Positions 29,983-38,967 are shown, counted from the stretch's first letter. The stretch: DNA of 64,000 nt from a virus (IMGVR_UViG_3300037466_002533:1-64000), one strand, 5' to 3'. Notes: generated by a model not told the origin, from the sequence alone. A program made the numbers and translations.

Positions 29983-30476
29983 GTTATCTCCATAGCTTTC
30001 AGTACCGAATCGAAACCCTCGTCATCGCCCGCGACGGCATAGACCTTGGCCAGGGTTCGTAGGTATTCGGGGTAGATCTCCCCGCTATCGGTCCACAGAA
30101 CAGTGGCGGACTGAACTGATCCCAGTCCAGCGATCAGGCGCAGCTCATCGATCGAGGTGACTCCATCGAGATGAACGGGCTTGGTGAAGTTCTCGTCCTG
30201 CAGCAGCCAAAGGCACACCTGCAGCTTGGTGAACTTGAAGTGGTCGCGAGACTCCTGCCAGGGGAAGGCCTCCGGTATCCGGAAGTGTAAGAATGCCGGA
30301 ACGACAAGGGTATCCACGTCCGGGTCCTCGTTCAGAGTGCGGAGGTCGACTGCGAATTCTTCGAAGCTGCCATTGACCCTGGGCTGCGGAAGCGTCTCCA
30401 GCCTCTTCAGGTCCTCTTTCCGGTTCCTGACCATCGGCCAATACGAACCGGGATTGTATTTCACATACAGCTTCAC
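29979..30476 (-). CDS. hypothetical protein (165 aa)
   Basis: tightly packed ORF. Confidence 0.55.
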   Translation of the reverse strand: MKLYVKYNPGSYWPMVRNRKEDLKRLETLPQPRVNGSFEEFAVDLRTLNEDPDVDTLVVPAFLHFRIPEAFPWQESRDHFKFTKLQVCLWLLQDENFTKPVHLDGVTSIDELRLIAGLGSVQSATVLWTDSGEIYPEYLRTLAKVYAVAGDDEGFDSVLKAMEIT

Positions 30477-31039
30477 GCCGCCACCTCCATGGGAGGATCA
30501 TACACTATCTTTTCCAAGGATTCCCGGAGCTTGCTGCGGGCGCTGGATAGATAGAATGCCACCCTGGACTTGGACAGGCCGAATATGGACCCGATCTCGG
30601 CCTGTGTTTGTTCGGCCCAGTAGAGCCGGAACACCATTTCCCGTTCGCGGTCATCGTCCAGTTTGGCCACCGCCTGGCGGACGGCCTCGCGGATGTCGCC
30701 GGTCTCCACCATCAACATGTCATGGTCGGTCAACGGCTGGTCGTACTGTTCCGGGGCGACGTCGATCGATTCTGTCTGGCGTCGGAGGGGATCTATGGAG
30801 TTGCCTGGGCGGCGCTCGGATCCGGTCCAGGAACGCCGCTTCACAGCAGTGATGATGGCATTCTTGACTGAGTTCACGTAATATCCGTGGCCGACATCAT
30901 GATGGTCGCTATCTATCCTGCATACGACTATACGGGCTTCCTGCATAACATCGTCCCGAATTGACGGGTCCTTGCACACCTGTGAGGTGAATATCTGAAT
31001 GAATGGCTCAATGTAGGCCAGACGATCTTCTATGTTCAT
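30473..31039 (-). CDS. ECF-like sigma-70 family factor
   Basis: DDVMQEARI region 2; LDDDREREMVFRLYWAEQTQAEIGSIFGLSKSRV region 4. Confidence 0.78.
   Translation of the reverse strand: MNIEDRLAYIEPFIQIFTSQVCKDPSIRDDVMQEARIVVCRIDSDHHDVGHGYYVNSVKNAIITAVKRRSWTGSERRPGNSIDPLRRQTESIDVAPEQYDQPLTDHDMLMVETGDIREAVRQAVAKLDDDREREMVFRLYWAEQTQAEIGSIFGLSKSRVAFYLSSARSKLRESLEKIVYDPPMEVAA
30497..30513 (-). promoter_or_regulatory. AAAAGATA-N3-TANNNT promoter inside the sigma gene 3' end
   Basis: minus strand AAAAGATA GTG TATGAT. Confidence 0.55.
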
Positions 31040-31059
31040 TTGTGGTTTGGGCTTCTCTT

Positions 31060-31746
31060 TTACTCGAATCCATGCTTCTTGCGGTAGGCGGCATCGGTGT
31101 ATGGCTCCAGCGAGCCGGTGGTCTTGCCGATCAGTTCGAACTTACCGGATCGTACCGCTACAACGTACCCGGTCCGCTGCGCCATCCAGGTGGGCAGCGT
31201 GTCGATGAGCTTGTGCACCTTGGGCGTGTCGCCCTTGGCCTTGACCACGGCCTGCAGGATCTCGGCCACCGGCCGGATGACCGGCTGGCGGGGTCGCACC
31301 GGCCCCCAGAAGGAGTTCCAGGCGATCTGAGAGGCCGTCTCCCGGATCCAGGGGCATGGTGGTACCGCAGGCACCGTGAAGGTGCTGGGGGACTGCTGGG
31401 CGGCGATCTGGGGCGTTGCAGGGATGGTCTCCGGGGCCACCTGGCGCCAGTCGAACTCGGAGTTGGAAAAGTCCCCCGGACGCATGAAGTAGCGCACCGT
31501 GGTGGTGAGCTGCACCACCGCGAAACAGATCCGATCCGGGGTCAGGTTGTTGTGGCACTGGTAGGTGACCGTCTCGCCCCACTGGTTGTCAGGCTTGACG
31601 CGGATCGGCGTCATGAGGCGGTGACACACCGGACACTGGACCTCCTTGGCCCAGTCTGGCAGGGCCTTCTTCAGGTCCTCCACGGTCAGGGAGGGCTTCC
31701 CAGCCTTCTCCATGCGGGTCGGCGGGAGCTTCAATTTCCTACTCAC
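31060..31746 (-). CDS. hypothetical protein with zinc ribbon
   Basis: CPVC...QCHN...RIC. Confidence 0.55.
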   Translation of the reverse strand: MSRKLKLPPTRMEKAGKPSLTVEDLKKALPDWAKEVQCPVCHRLMTPIRVKPDNQWGETVTYQCHNNLTPDRICFAVVQLTTTVRYFMRPGDFSNSEFDWRQVAPETIPATPQIAAQQSPSTFTVPAVPPCPWIRETASQIAWNSFWGPVRPRQPVIRPVAEILQAVVKAKGDTPKVHKLIDTLPTWMAQRTGYVVAVRSGKFELIGKTTGSLEPYTDAAYRKKHGFE

Positions 31747-32311
31747 CAGGATTCATCCCCAAGATGTCTTCGACAAACTCACCGATATGGTCACTGGCCT
31801 CATCGACATCCGAGCTGACCGGTACGGCCATATACCGGTCGGCCACCTCATTCCAGGCCTCGGCCGGAGTCTTGGCCGATGGGTCGGGCATGAAGAAAAG
31901 CATCGGCTTATATCTTCGCACATATTCTTTCAAAAGATATTCCAGCAGATGGACCTGATGGGCGAACATCATGCCATAGGAGTGAACGGGCAGTTCAGCG
32001 GCATCGTTTTCCAGATGGATCCTCTGCATCGTAGCCATCCGAGCCTTGGCCAGAGCCAGGGACGCATACAGGGAGTCCTGGACGACCTCCAGGGCGTTCT
32101 CATCCTTCCGGTGCTCAACCTCGTTCTCTAGCTGGACGAAGGGCCAGGTGGGGGCACCGAACACCGTCGGAAGCTCCAGGTCGCGCCGCAGGTACAGACC
32201 AGCGGACTGCTCCAGGACCTCGATGACATACGCATGCACGATCTTGCAGACCTCGCCGACTGCGTCCTGGTCACTTCCGAAAAGGACGATGGTCCTGGCC
32301 AATTTACTCAC
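31739..32311 (-). CDS. hypothetical protein (190 aa)
   Basis: overlap-coupled ORF. Confidence 0.55.
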   Translation of the reverse strand: MSKLARTIVLFGSDQDAVGEVCKIVHAYVIEVLEQSAGLYLRRDLELPTVFGAPTWPFVQLENEVEHRKDENALEVVQDSLYASLALAKARMATMQRIHLENDAAELPVHSYGMMFAHQVHLLEYLLKEYVRRYKPMLFFMPDPSAKTPAEAWNEVADRYMAVPVSSDVDEASDHIGEFVEDILGMNPGE

Positions 32312-32619
32312 CTCTCCCTGCCGGGCATGAAAGCAGATATCCGGCGAGTGACTTTCTCGTAATGATCGGGATCTATCTTACCGAATCTCTTTAGAGAGTC
32401 AGCCATGGCCTGGGTGGTAGTCAGAGAATACCGGTGCCGAGGTCGGGCGGTGTCGGCGTGATCGATCCGGGTGGGTTCTATCCTGGTGCCGTCCGGCCAC
32501 CGCAGGTTGCCGTTCAGAGAGTGCAGGTACACCCACTGCTTGGTGCGCCCGAAGAACAGACCCACCTCCTGCAAGGACAGGAGGCGGGTCCGGGGCACTC
32601 CCCTCTTCAGGTTGCTCAC
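32308..32619 (-). CDS. helix-turn-helix DNA-binding protein
   Basis: LLSLQEVGLFFGRTKQWVY; true start GTG 32619 overlaps upstream stop. Confidence 0.6.
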   Translation of the reverse strand: MSNLKRGVPRTRLLSLQEVGLFFGRTKQWVYLHSLNGNLRWPDGTRIEPTRIDHADTARPRHRYSLTTTQAMADSLKRFGKIDPDHYEKVTRRISAFMPGRER

Positions 32620-33356
32620 TTCTGCTTCGGGACGTCCCGCACGACCAGCCGGGTGGTCTTCGGGGCGCCGGGGACGATAGCCTCGCGTACCTGCTCGATC
32701 AGCTCCGGGTTGCGGGCCAGGAACGCGGTCAGCCGGTCCTCGTTCAGGACCTCCTCGGTGCGGGCCGGGATGACCTGCCGGGGGATCTTGACGGTGTCGA
32801 AGACCTGCTTGGCCTGGTCGCCCAGGGCCTCCTTCAGAGTATCGGTGTCGAAGGTGGGGTCCTGCCGACCGCCGCCCTCGCGGGCGAACTTGCGGCCCTG
32901 GGTCTCGACCACGATCTCGCCCGGCTGAAGCTCGGGGTCCTCGACACCGGCCAGCTCGTTGGTCAGGGTCAGGGAGCCGAACACCATCTCCTTGACGCGG
33001 TCCTTGCGAGCCTTGATTGCGACCTCGGCCTCGGTGATGGCCGTCCACTCCTCCATGAGGAGAGCGGCCTGGGTCTTGTCCAGAACGACCGGCTCGTTGG
33101 CGTCGAAGACCGCGAACACGTCGGGCACGGCCTCGAAGATCTCGCGCAGCTTGTCGCGCTGGTCCTGGCTGAGGTGGTGCTTCTTCCAGGACTCCAGGCG
33201 GGCCTTCTTGGTGGCGGTGGGCTCGGCGCCCTGGTCGACGCGGGCCTTGGCCAGCTCACGCATGAGCTGGGACAGGTCCAGGGTGGGGGCGGTGTCGGGG
33301 GTGGTTGCCAGGGTGGCGGTCACGTTGTGCTCCTTCGGGGACTCGGGGTTGATCAT
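32616..33356 (-). CDS. hypothetical protein (start possibly GTG 33323)
   Basis: strong phage codon usage. Confidence 0.6.
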   Translation of the reverse strand: MINPESPKEHNVTATLATTPDTAPTLDLSQLMRELAKARVDQGAEPTATKKARLESWKKHHLSQDQRDKLREIFEAVPDVFAVFDANEPVVLDKTQAALLMEEWTAITEAEVAIKARKDRVKEMVFGSLTLTNELAGVEDPELQPGEIVVETQGRKFAREGGGRQDPTFDTDTLKEALGDQAKQVFDTVKIPRQVIPARTEEVLNEDRLTAFLARNPELIEQVREAIVPGAPKTTRLVVRDVPKQK

Positions 33357-33392
33357 GAGAAGATTTTATCCTGGGGGTCCGACAGTGGTCGG

Positions 33393-33701
33393 TTAGGGCG
33401 CTACCACGTCGAACGCGAGCCCCTGCCGCGTGCGGAACGACTTGATCGGCACCATGGCCTTGGCGACCTGATCCGACGTGAGCTGGTGGCGGGCGCCGTT
33501 GCGCTCCTGACGCTGGGCCTCCTGGATCAGGGTCATGAGCTTGGACGCGGCCTTCGCAGGAGCCTGCCAGTACGGCCAGCCGTCGCTGTTGGCGTTGACG
33601 GCATCGCGCAGGTTCGACAGCGTCACGCACGCCGAAGACAGCACGGTGTCGTACTCGAACTGATCCAGTGCCTCATCGATCTCGTACTCGTTCATCCACA
33701 T
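33393..33701 (-). CDS. hypothetical protein (102 aa)
   Basis: AGGAGG RBS downstream of promoter. Confidence 0.65.
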   Translation of the reverse strand: MWMNEYEIDEALDQFEYDTVLSSACVTLSNLRDAVNANSDGWPYWQAPAKAASKLMTLIQEAQRQERNGARHQLTSDQVAKAMVPIKSFRTRQGLAFDVVAP

Positions 33702-33736
33702 GACCTGTGACCTCCTGTGGTGGGCTGAGTACCTCT

Positions 33737-33759
33737 AGTATACCACACCCAAAAAGATA
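33737..33759 (-). promoter_or_regulatory. promoter with TATCTTTT box, 9-nt spacer and TATACT
   Basis: minus strand TATCTTTT TGGGTGTGG TATACT, near-identical to 3295-3317. Confidence 0.65.
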
Positions 33760-33825
33760 ATCACCCGACGGATAGCCTGCGGATCTGCCACGGCCACCCT
33801 GCGAATCTACCACGGCTGGACTCCT

Positions 33826-33846
33826 AAAAGATAGATGTGATATACT
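33826..33846 (+). promoter_or_regulatory. divergent promoter with AAAAGATA box
   Basis: AAAAGATA GATGTGA TATACT. Confidence 0.55.
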
Positions 33847-33890
33847 GGTGCCGAGGATCACCCCTTCGAGCACCTGGAGTGTGCGCCGTG

Positions 33891-34085
33891 ATGATGCCGG
33901 ACATCGACAAACTGATCGCCTTCGAGTCGGGCGAGCTGGATCAGGACGCGACCGTGGAGCTGTTCCAGGACCTGGTCAACAGCGGGCTGGTGTGGAGCCT
34001 GCAGGGCTTCTACGGCCGGACGGCGAACGACCTGATCGACGCGGGGCTGGTGACGCTCCCGCAGAGTGAGGAGGATGAGGGATGA
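33891..34085 (+). CDS. small conserved phage protein
   Basis: FESGELD...LFQDLVNSGLVWSLQGFYGRTA. Confidence 0.65.
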   Translation: MMPDIDKLIAFESGELDQDATVELFQDLVNSGLVWSLQGFYGRTANDLIDAGLVTLPQSEEDEG

Positions 34086-34243
34086 GCAAGCATAAGGCAG
34101 CCGCTGGGCGCCGGACCGACGAGCACCAGAGGATGGTGCTAGGTCTCCGGTCGTCCGGGGCTGCCCGCTGGGACCACCGCCCTCGGCGTCTTCGCACCCG
34201 AGCCGACGTTAAGCGTCAGGCCCTGCGGGACCAGCAAGGATGA
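34082..34243 (+). CDS. small basic protein (53 aa)
   Basis: ATGA overlap, GAGG RBS, MSKHKAAAG...RQALRDQQG. Confidence 0.5.
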   Translation: MSKHKAAAGRRTDEHQRMVLGLRSSGAARWDHRPRRLRTRADVKRQALRDQQG

Positions 34244-34323
34244 GTGGGCGCCCCGCGTGTTGCCACGCGAAGTTGTGGTGTGGTCGTTTAAGCCTGAGCA
34301 CGCGCACGGGCTAGGACCCACTC
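34242..34323. terminator. structured element between convergent genes
   Basis: GAGTGGG/CCCACTC closing stem with internal CGCGT/ACGCG hairpin. Confidence 0.35.
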
Positions 34324-34330
34324 GATCGCC

Positions 34331-34741
34331 TTAGGCTGGCTTCCCGAACGCCATATCTCTGCCTCGCTTGAGGACTCGAATGACCCTGTTCAGTTCCGGC
34401 CAATTGAGCACGGAGAACACCGAATTGTACCCGAACTCTCGGGGTCCGTGCCCACCACTGGACACGATGCCCAGGATCCGTGCGCCTACGTCACGGGTAG
34501 ACAGGTCGGAGAGGTTGGCGTCGAGCACCGCTCGGCCAATGCGCGCCAGCGTCTCCGGGTCGCCGTACAACTGGTCCACCAGGCTCTTGTCGAAGTTCTT
34601 GGTGGTGACCCCCACCCGAACCTCCTGGCCGCCGCTCTCCTCGCCCTTGCCCCAGAGGACTTCTACGTCGAAGTTTCCTCCGCTACTGCTGATGTGTTCC
34701 TTTGGCATCTCGCCATCTCTCTTTCCGCCCATCACGGGCAT
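34331..34741 (-). CDS. hypothetical protein
   Basis: ORF with phage codon usage. Confidence 0.55.
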   Translation of the reverse strand: MPVMGGKRDGEMPKEHISSSGGNFDVEVLWGKGEESGGQEVRVGVTTKNFDKSLVDQLYGDPETLARIGRAVLDANLSDLSTRDVGARILGIVSSGGHGPREFGYNSVFSVLNWPELNRVIRVLKRGRDMAFGKPA

Positions 34742-34779
34742 CTTTTATAACTCTCCGGACCCTAGCGGCCGGAATCTTA

Positions 34780-35091
34780 TCAAGCTCGCGCTGGGGCAGT
34801 CCACTGGCCCTGGTCGTCACCCTGGGTCCGGCTGGTGGCCCAGAAGATGTCGTTGCCGTCCAGCAACACCGAGAGGTTCACAGAATCATTGGAGAGGTTA
34901 CCCCACACGCGCACGACAACTGCCGGGTATACGTCACCGGCGTAAGCATGATTGCCGACGTGGGCGACGTGCCCAGTATCAGGGCCGCCAGCCTTGCGAT
35001 AATCGTTGAAGTCCTTTCGCCGCCTGTTGATGGCGTCAGCATCGTACTGAGTCAAGGTATACAGGACGATACTGCCCGGTGATGCAATCAT
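34780..35091 (-). CDS. hypothetical protein (103 aa)
   Basis: ORF. Confidence 0.6.
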   Translation of the reverse strand: MIASPGSIVLYTLTQYDADAINRRRKDFNDYRKAGGPDTGHVAHVGNHAYAGDVYPAVVVRVWGNLSNDSVNLSVLLDGNDIFWATSRTQGDDQGQWTAPARA

Positions 35092-35108
35092 GAATGTGTG
35101 TATCCTCT

Positions 35109-35360
35109 CTAGGCGTTGATCTGCTGAAGTCGATCCTGCGACTCCTTGATGACGTGGGCCACGATCGGCTCCACGATCTCCCGGTTCAGGAACTCGGTGG
35201 CTCCAGCCACCTGTTCCTCGGTGGGAATTCCCTGCCAGCTCACAGAGGCCTCTACGCCGGGCTTTATCCAGTTCTGGAGCTGTCCGCCGGAGCTGATCGA
35301 CAGGGATGCGTCCAGCTTCATCGTCAGGGTGAACCGGTCCACCGGTGCATCATCGGACAT
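35109..35360 (-). CDS. hypothetical protein (83 aa)
   Basis: ORF. Confidence 0.55.
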   Translation of the reverse strand: MSDDAPVDRFTLTMKLDASLSISSGGQLQNWIKPGVEASVSWQGIPTEEQVAGATEFLNREIVEPIVAHVIKESQDRLQQINA

Positions 35361-35561
35361 TTAGTTTTCCTCCTCGATCTCCACCAGGTATCCGTTGTTC
35401 TCCAGGTGGATGATGATGTCTTCGCCCAGCGTCGTGGGGGTTTGTCCACGACGGCCACTCTCCAGGAGCGGGGTGCCCCTGCCTCGGTTGACGACATGTA
35501 TGACGTAGTCCTTGGCGGCAGACTTCTCCTCGGCGCTCTGCGTCTTCTTCTCGACCTGCAT
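35361..35561 (-). CDS. hypothetical protein (66 aa)
   Basis: start reset to TAATG overlap. Confidence 0.5.
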   Translation of the reverse strand: MQVEKKTQSAEEKSAAKDYVIHVVNRGRGTPLLESGRRGQTPTTLGEDIIIHLENNGYLVEIEEEN

Positions 35562-35899
35562 TACTTCCGGAACTCCTTTATGACGTTCTTGGTGTTCAGG
35601 TCGGTCAGTATGATGATCTCTGCGCCGGAGTTGGCCCACGAGTGAAACTGGCTCTCGGCGTCCGCCGATCCGGAGAAGAACTTCACCCTGGAGGTCTTCT
35701 GTTCCCCGGCTATCGTCCGATATGCCTGCTCGACTCGGTAGTTGTAGAACGACGACACGCTTTCTTCCACCTTCTCGATATTCGCCATGTAGCCGAATTC
35801 GGCCAGTTGGCCGATTATCTGGTCGCCCCACCTGGAGTCGAGCAGGGGTCGCTGTTCACGACCCTCGTCCGGCTCCACACGAATCAGATGGTATCCCAC
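35561..35899 (-). CDS. hypothetical protein (112 aa)
   Basis: ORF after promoter motif. Confidence 0.55.
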   Translation of the reverse strand: MGYHLIRVEPDEGREQRPLLDSRWGDQIIGQLAEFGYMANIEKVEESVSSFYNYRVEQAYRTIAGEQKTSRVKFFSGSADAESQFHSWANSGAEIIILTDLNTKNVIKEFRK

Positions 35900-35905
35900 C
35901 AGGGA

Positions 35906-35922
35906 AGTATAGAGTATCTTTT
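35906..35922 (-). promoter_or_regulatory. AAAAGATA-N3-TANNNT promoter
   Basis: minus strand AAAAGATA CTC TATACT. Confidence 0.6.
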
Positions 35923-36385
35923 AGTACCTTGCATTCCGACCGGAGATGAGCTGACCCCTTTGCGGGACGAAAGGCTTCCATAGCGGGATCATACCCGCCT
36001 CCTCCGGGGTACGGTCGCGCTTCTTGACGTTGCAGGTCTTGCAGGCGGCGATGGTGTTGGTCCAGGTGGACTTGCCACCCTTGGATACCGGGTGGACATG
36101 GTCTATGGTGTTGGCGGCCCCGCCGCAGTAGGCACACTTGTACTTGTCCCGCCGCAGCACGCCGGACTTACTCCAGACGATCGGCTTGGAGTAGAACCAG
36201 TCCAGCTTCTGGTACTTGATCAGGCGCATCGACAGCGGGAACGGAAACGGCCCGAAAGGGCGGTCCTCATCTACCTCATCGAACTCCGCCACGTTCCGGA
36301 TGTACATGCGGATGGCGTGACCTGGAGTGACGTAGAGGATGGGTTCCATTCCGGCGTTCTTCACCAGAACACTCTTGCGGGCCAC
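35921..36385 (-). CDS. HNH endonuclease
   Basis: CAYCG...TIDHVHPVSKGGKSTWTNTIAACKTCNVKK. Confidence 0.88.
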   Translation of the reverse strand: MARKSVLVKNAGMEPILYVTPGHAIRMYIRNVAEFDEVDEDRPFGPFPFPLSMRLIKYQKLDWFYSKPIVWSKSGVLRRDKYKCAYCGGAANTIDHVHPVSKGGKSTWTNTIAACKTCNVKKRDRTPEEAGMIPLWKPFVPQRGQLISGRNARY

Positions 36386-36476
36386 GGGGATTCAATTCCC
36401 TTTCCTATCCGCCGCCCTCACACAAGGCGAACCTCATTCCTCTGAGGCATCCTATCAGAATAGGTCCAAAGAGATA

Positions 36477-36935
36477 TCAGATCTTCAGCGCTTCGAGGGC
36501 GAGAGAGTACTTGTTCATCAGTCGACTGCGGGTGGCCTCGTCCAGCCTGGCCAGTCTTTCAGGGTCGGTGTTGTGGGCGATGTCGGCCAACTTCACCAGG
36601 CGGGCCACCCGGTGATTCCTGACTCGGGCCCAGTACTTCTCGTTGGTCTCATCCGGAAGATGGGTCAGAATGAGCACCAATGTCACCACGTAGCTCGGGA
36701 ACCCCTTGTCGAGCAGCGATATCGCAGCCTTCAGGCCGCCGCAGTCCTCGATGACGTCGTGAAGCCATGCCACAGCCTCCAGGAGGTCGATCTCCGGATC
36801 GTCCGCATGCCGCTCGCGCACGATCCTGGCCACGGCCTCGGGGTGATCGTAGTACGGTGCCCCCAGCTTGTCGGTCTGACCCAGATGAGACGATATGGCG
36901 AACTGCCTGGCATTGTCCACAAGAATGGAGTCCAT
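36477..36935 (-). CDS. HD-domain hydrolase, RelA/SpoT hydrolase (SAH/Mesh1)-like
   Basis: HLGQTDKLGAPYYDHP, WLHDVIED, LTH, VKLADIAHN. Confidence 0.78.
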   Translation of the reverse strand: MDSILVDNARQFAISSHLGQTDKLGAPYYDHPEAVARIVRERHADDPEIDLLEAVAWLHDVIEDCGGLKAAISLLDKGFPSYVVTLVLILTHLPDETNEKYWARVRNHRVARLVKLADIAHNTDPERLARLDEATRSRLMNKYSLALEALKI

Positions 36936-36938
36936 CGA

Positions 36939-37421
36939 TCAATCGCCTTTCACGTTCAGCACCTGACGAAGCTCGTGCTTGATCTCCACCAGATCCTCCT
37001 CATAATTGTTCGAGCGCTTCATTTCCTTAAGTAGATCGGAAACCCTCTTCGAGAGATCAACATCCCTCGGATCTCTCCTCAGCAGCCTTCCCTTATCATC
37101 TCGCATCCTGGGAGGCCTATTATCGAACCAGAGTAGTGCCAGATCGGCCTGGTCTCGCTTCAGCACCAGGTACGGAAGCATATCACGTAACAACGACGCG
37201 GCCCCACAGCCACTGGTCTGATATATGTAGGCGCAGCGACGAGACTCTCTTTTCAACTCACATATGGCTCCGTCGTACTTGTCACGGAGGTTATAGAATA
37301 TCCGATCCACCTTTGGCGACCTATTCTGGGTTATCTGAACACGGAGTGTTCTACCAGTTCCTCCCCCGGCATAGGTGCCAATATTCCCCTCCCCATCGAA
37401 GAATCCGACAAGATAAGACAT
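36939..37421 (-). mobile_element. LAGLIDADG homing endonuclease fused to the displaced RtcB C-terminus
   Basis: YLVGFFDGEG motif; last 18 aa DLVEIKHELRQVLNVKGD duplicate the RtcB end; lower GC. Confidence 0.82.
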
Positions 37422-37428
37422 CTCAACA

Positions 37429-38586
37429 CTAGTCGCCCTTGATGTTGACGATCTGTCTGAGGACATATCTCACCTCCACCAGATCAGAAGAGTCATTCAT
37501 AACTACTTCGACGTCCTTGTAGGCGTCCGGGTGCTCGTCCAGGAAGGCATCGGACTCGCCCCAAGCGATGCCCTCCATGCGGGCGTCCAGGTCCTCCCGG
37601 GTGAATCTGGACTTGGCCTTCGAGCGGGAGTACTCCCTACCGGCACCGTGCGGTGCGGAATTGAAGGACGACTCGTTGCCAAGCCCCTGGACCACGTAAG
37701 AACGAGTTCCCATGGATCCGGGGATCAACCCCCACTGTCCGGGCTCTGCGTTGATCGCGCCCTTGCGGGACAGCCACACACCATCGCCCAACTTCTCGGT
37801 GTAGTTGTGATGGCAAGAGATGTCCTGACGCCACTGCACGAACTCCCGCCCCATGAACAGGGACAGGGCGAAGGATACCCGGCCCATCATCTCGATCCGG
37901 TTGAGTAGAGCGAACTGCTGTGCCCAGTTGAGAGCTTCGATATAGGAGTCGAACTCGCTGGTTCCCTCCTCCAGATAGGCCAGGTCGCGATTCGGCAGTT
38001 TCTTGCCGTCGCAGAGCTTCTGAGCCACCTCGATGTGCTTCTGGGCCAGCCTGTTGCCCACCCCACGGGATCCGGAGTGCAGGAACATCCACACCCGGTC
38101 ATCCTCGTCCAGGCTGACCTCGATGAAGTGGTTGCCCGAACCCAGGGATCCAAGCTGCAGCCGCCAATTGGGAGATACCTCCTCGGCCTGCTCGATGCCG
38201 GGGAGGGACTCCAGGGCGAAGATCCGGGAGGATTTGGCGCGGCCGGAGGGGCTGTTGTACTTCCCCGCCGACAGCGGGATATCCTTCGAGATAGCTGCAT
38301 GCAGGACACGCAGATCGCCTGCGGCCAGCAGGTCATCGCGCCTGAACTGGGTCAACACCGCGTTCATGCCGCAGCCGATGTCCACACCGACGGCGGCAGG
38401 CATGATCGCGCCCATGGTCGGGATGACGGAGCCTACGGTGGCACCCTTGCCCAGATGGGCATCCGGCATCAGAGCCAGCCAGGGCTGTACGAACGGCATG
38501 GAGGCGGTCTGGAAGGCCTGCTCCAGCGTCTGCGGCGCGATGATCGACGCCCAGTTGAGCAGCTTGTCGTTCAGGATCTGCATCAT
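37429..38586 (-). CDS. rtcB: RtcB RNA 2',3'-cyclic phosphate/5'-OH ligase
   Basis: MPDAHLGKG, VGVDIGCG, LGSGNHF, HSGSRG, HHNY, PGSMG, HGAGR, AYKD. Confidence 0.95.
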   Translation of the reverse strand: MMQILNDKLLNWASIIAPQTLEQAFQTASMPFVQPWLALMPDAHLGKGATVGSVIPTMGAIMPAAVGVDIGCGMNAVLTQFRRDDLLAAGDLRVLHAAISKDIPLSAGKYNSPSGRAKSSRIFALESLPGIEQAEEVSPNWRLQLGSLGSGNHFIEVSLDEDDRVWMFLHSGSRGVGNRLAQKHIEVAQKLCDGKKLPNRDLAYLEEGTSEFDSYIEALNWAQQFALLNRIEMMGRVSFALSLFMGREFVQWRQDISCHHNYTEKLGDGVWLSRKGAINAEPGQWGLIPGSMGTRSYVVQGLGNESSFNSAPHGAGREYSRSKAKSRFTREDLDARMEGIAWGESDAFLDEHPDAYKDVEVVMNDSSDLVEVRYVLRQIVNIKGD

Positions 38587-38593
38587 GCCCTAA

Positions 38594-38610
38594 ACGATAG
38601 CATATCTCTT
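38594..38610 (-). promoter_or_regulatory. AAGAGATA-N3-TANNNT promoter for rtcB
   Basis: minus strand AAGAGATA TGC TATCGT. Confidence 0.5.
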
Positions 38611-38668
38611 AAGCAAAAGGCCCCTGCGCATTTGAGCATCGTGGAGAGGCTTGGCAGGGGCTCGGTTG

Positions 38669-38738
38669 CTGCCAGGGTAGGTGTCGAACCTACACCACGA
38701 GGGTCAAAGCCTCGCTGCCCTGCCGAGAGCACCTGGCA
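38669..38738 (-). tRNA. tRNA-Gln(TTG), shortened D arm
   Basis: TGCCAGG/CCTGGCA, CGAGG-CTTTGAC-CCTCG, T loop TTCGACA. Confidence 0.8.
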
Positions 38739-38743
38739 ATAGG

Positions 38744-38815
38744 CCGACGCGGCTGGATTCGAACCGAGCTTCCCGAGCTTTGCCACCCGTGGTCCACCAT
38801 GGACTCTTCACGTCG
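38744..38815 (-). tRNA. degenerate tRNA-like gene with 8-nt anticodon loop (TGGCAAAG)
   Basis: CGACGTG/CGCGTCG acceptor, GTCC/GGAC D stem, bulged T stem with TTCGAAT. Confidence 0.45.
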
Positions 38816-38819
38816 CCGG

Positions 38820-38892
38820 AGCCCGAGACCTGATTCGAACAGGCGCTTCCACGTTACGAGGGTGGCGTGCTACCGCTAGACACTACCCGGGC
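38820..38892 (-). tRNA. tRNA-Thr(CGT)
   Basis: cloverleaf, loop CT-CGT-AA. Confidence 0.88.
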
Positions 38893-38893
38893 G

Positions 38894-38967
38894 AGCCCCA
38901 AGCCGAGTATGATTCGGCACCTTCGCTTTACAAGAGCGACGTTCTAGCCGGTTGAAACTATTGGGGC
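38894..38967 (-). tRNA. tRNA-Thr(TGT), T loop ATCATAC
   Basis: cloverleaf, loop CT-TGT-AA. Confidence 0.8.

Noticed and set aside
36939-37485. Group I intron in rtcB
   Set aside because: rtcB is complete before the endonuclease and no room or motifs for an intron core were seen
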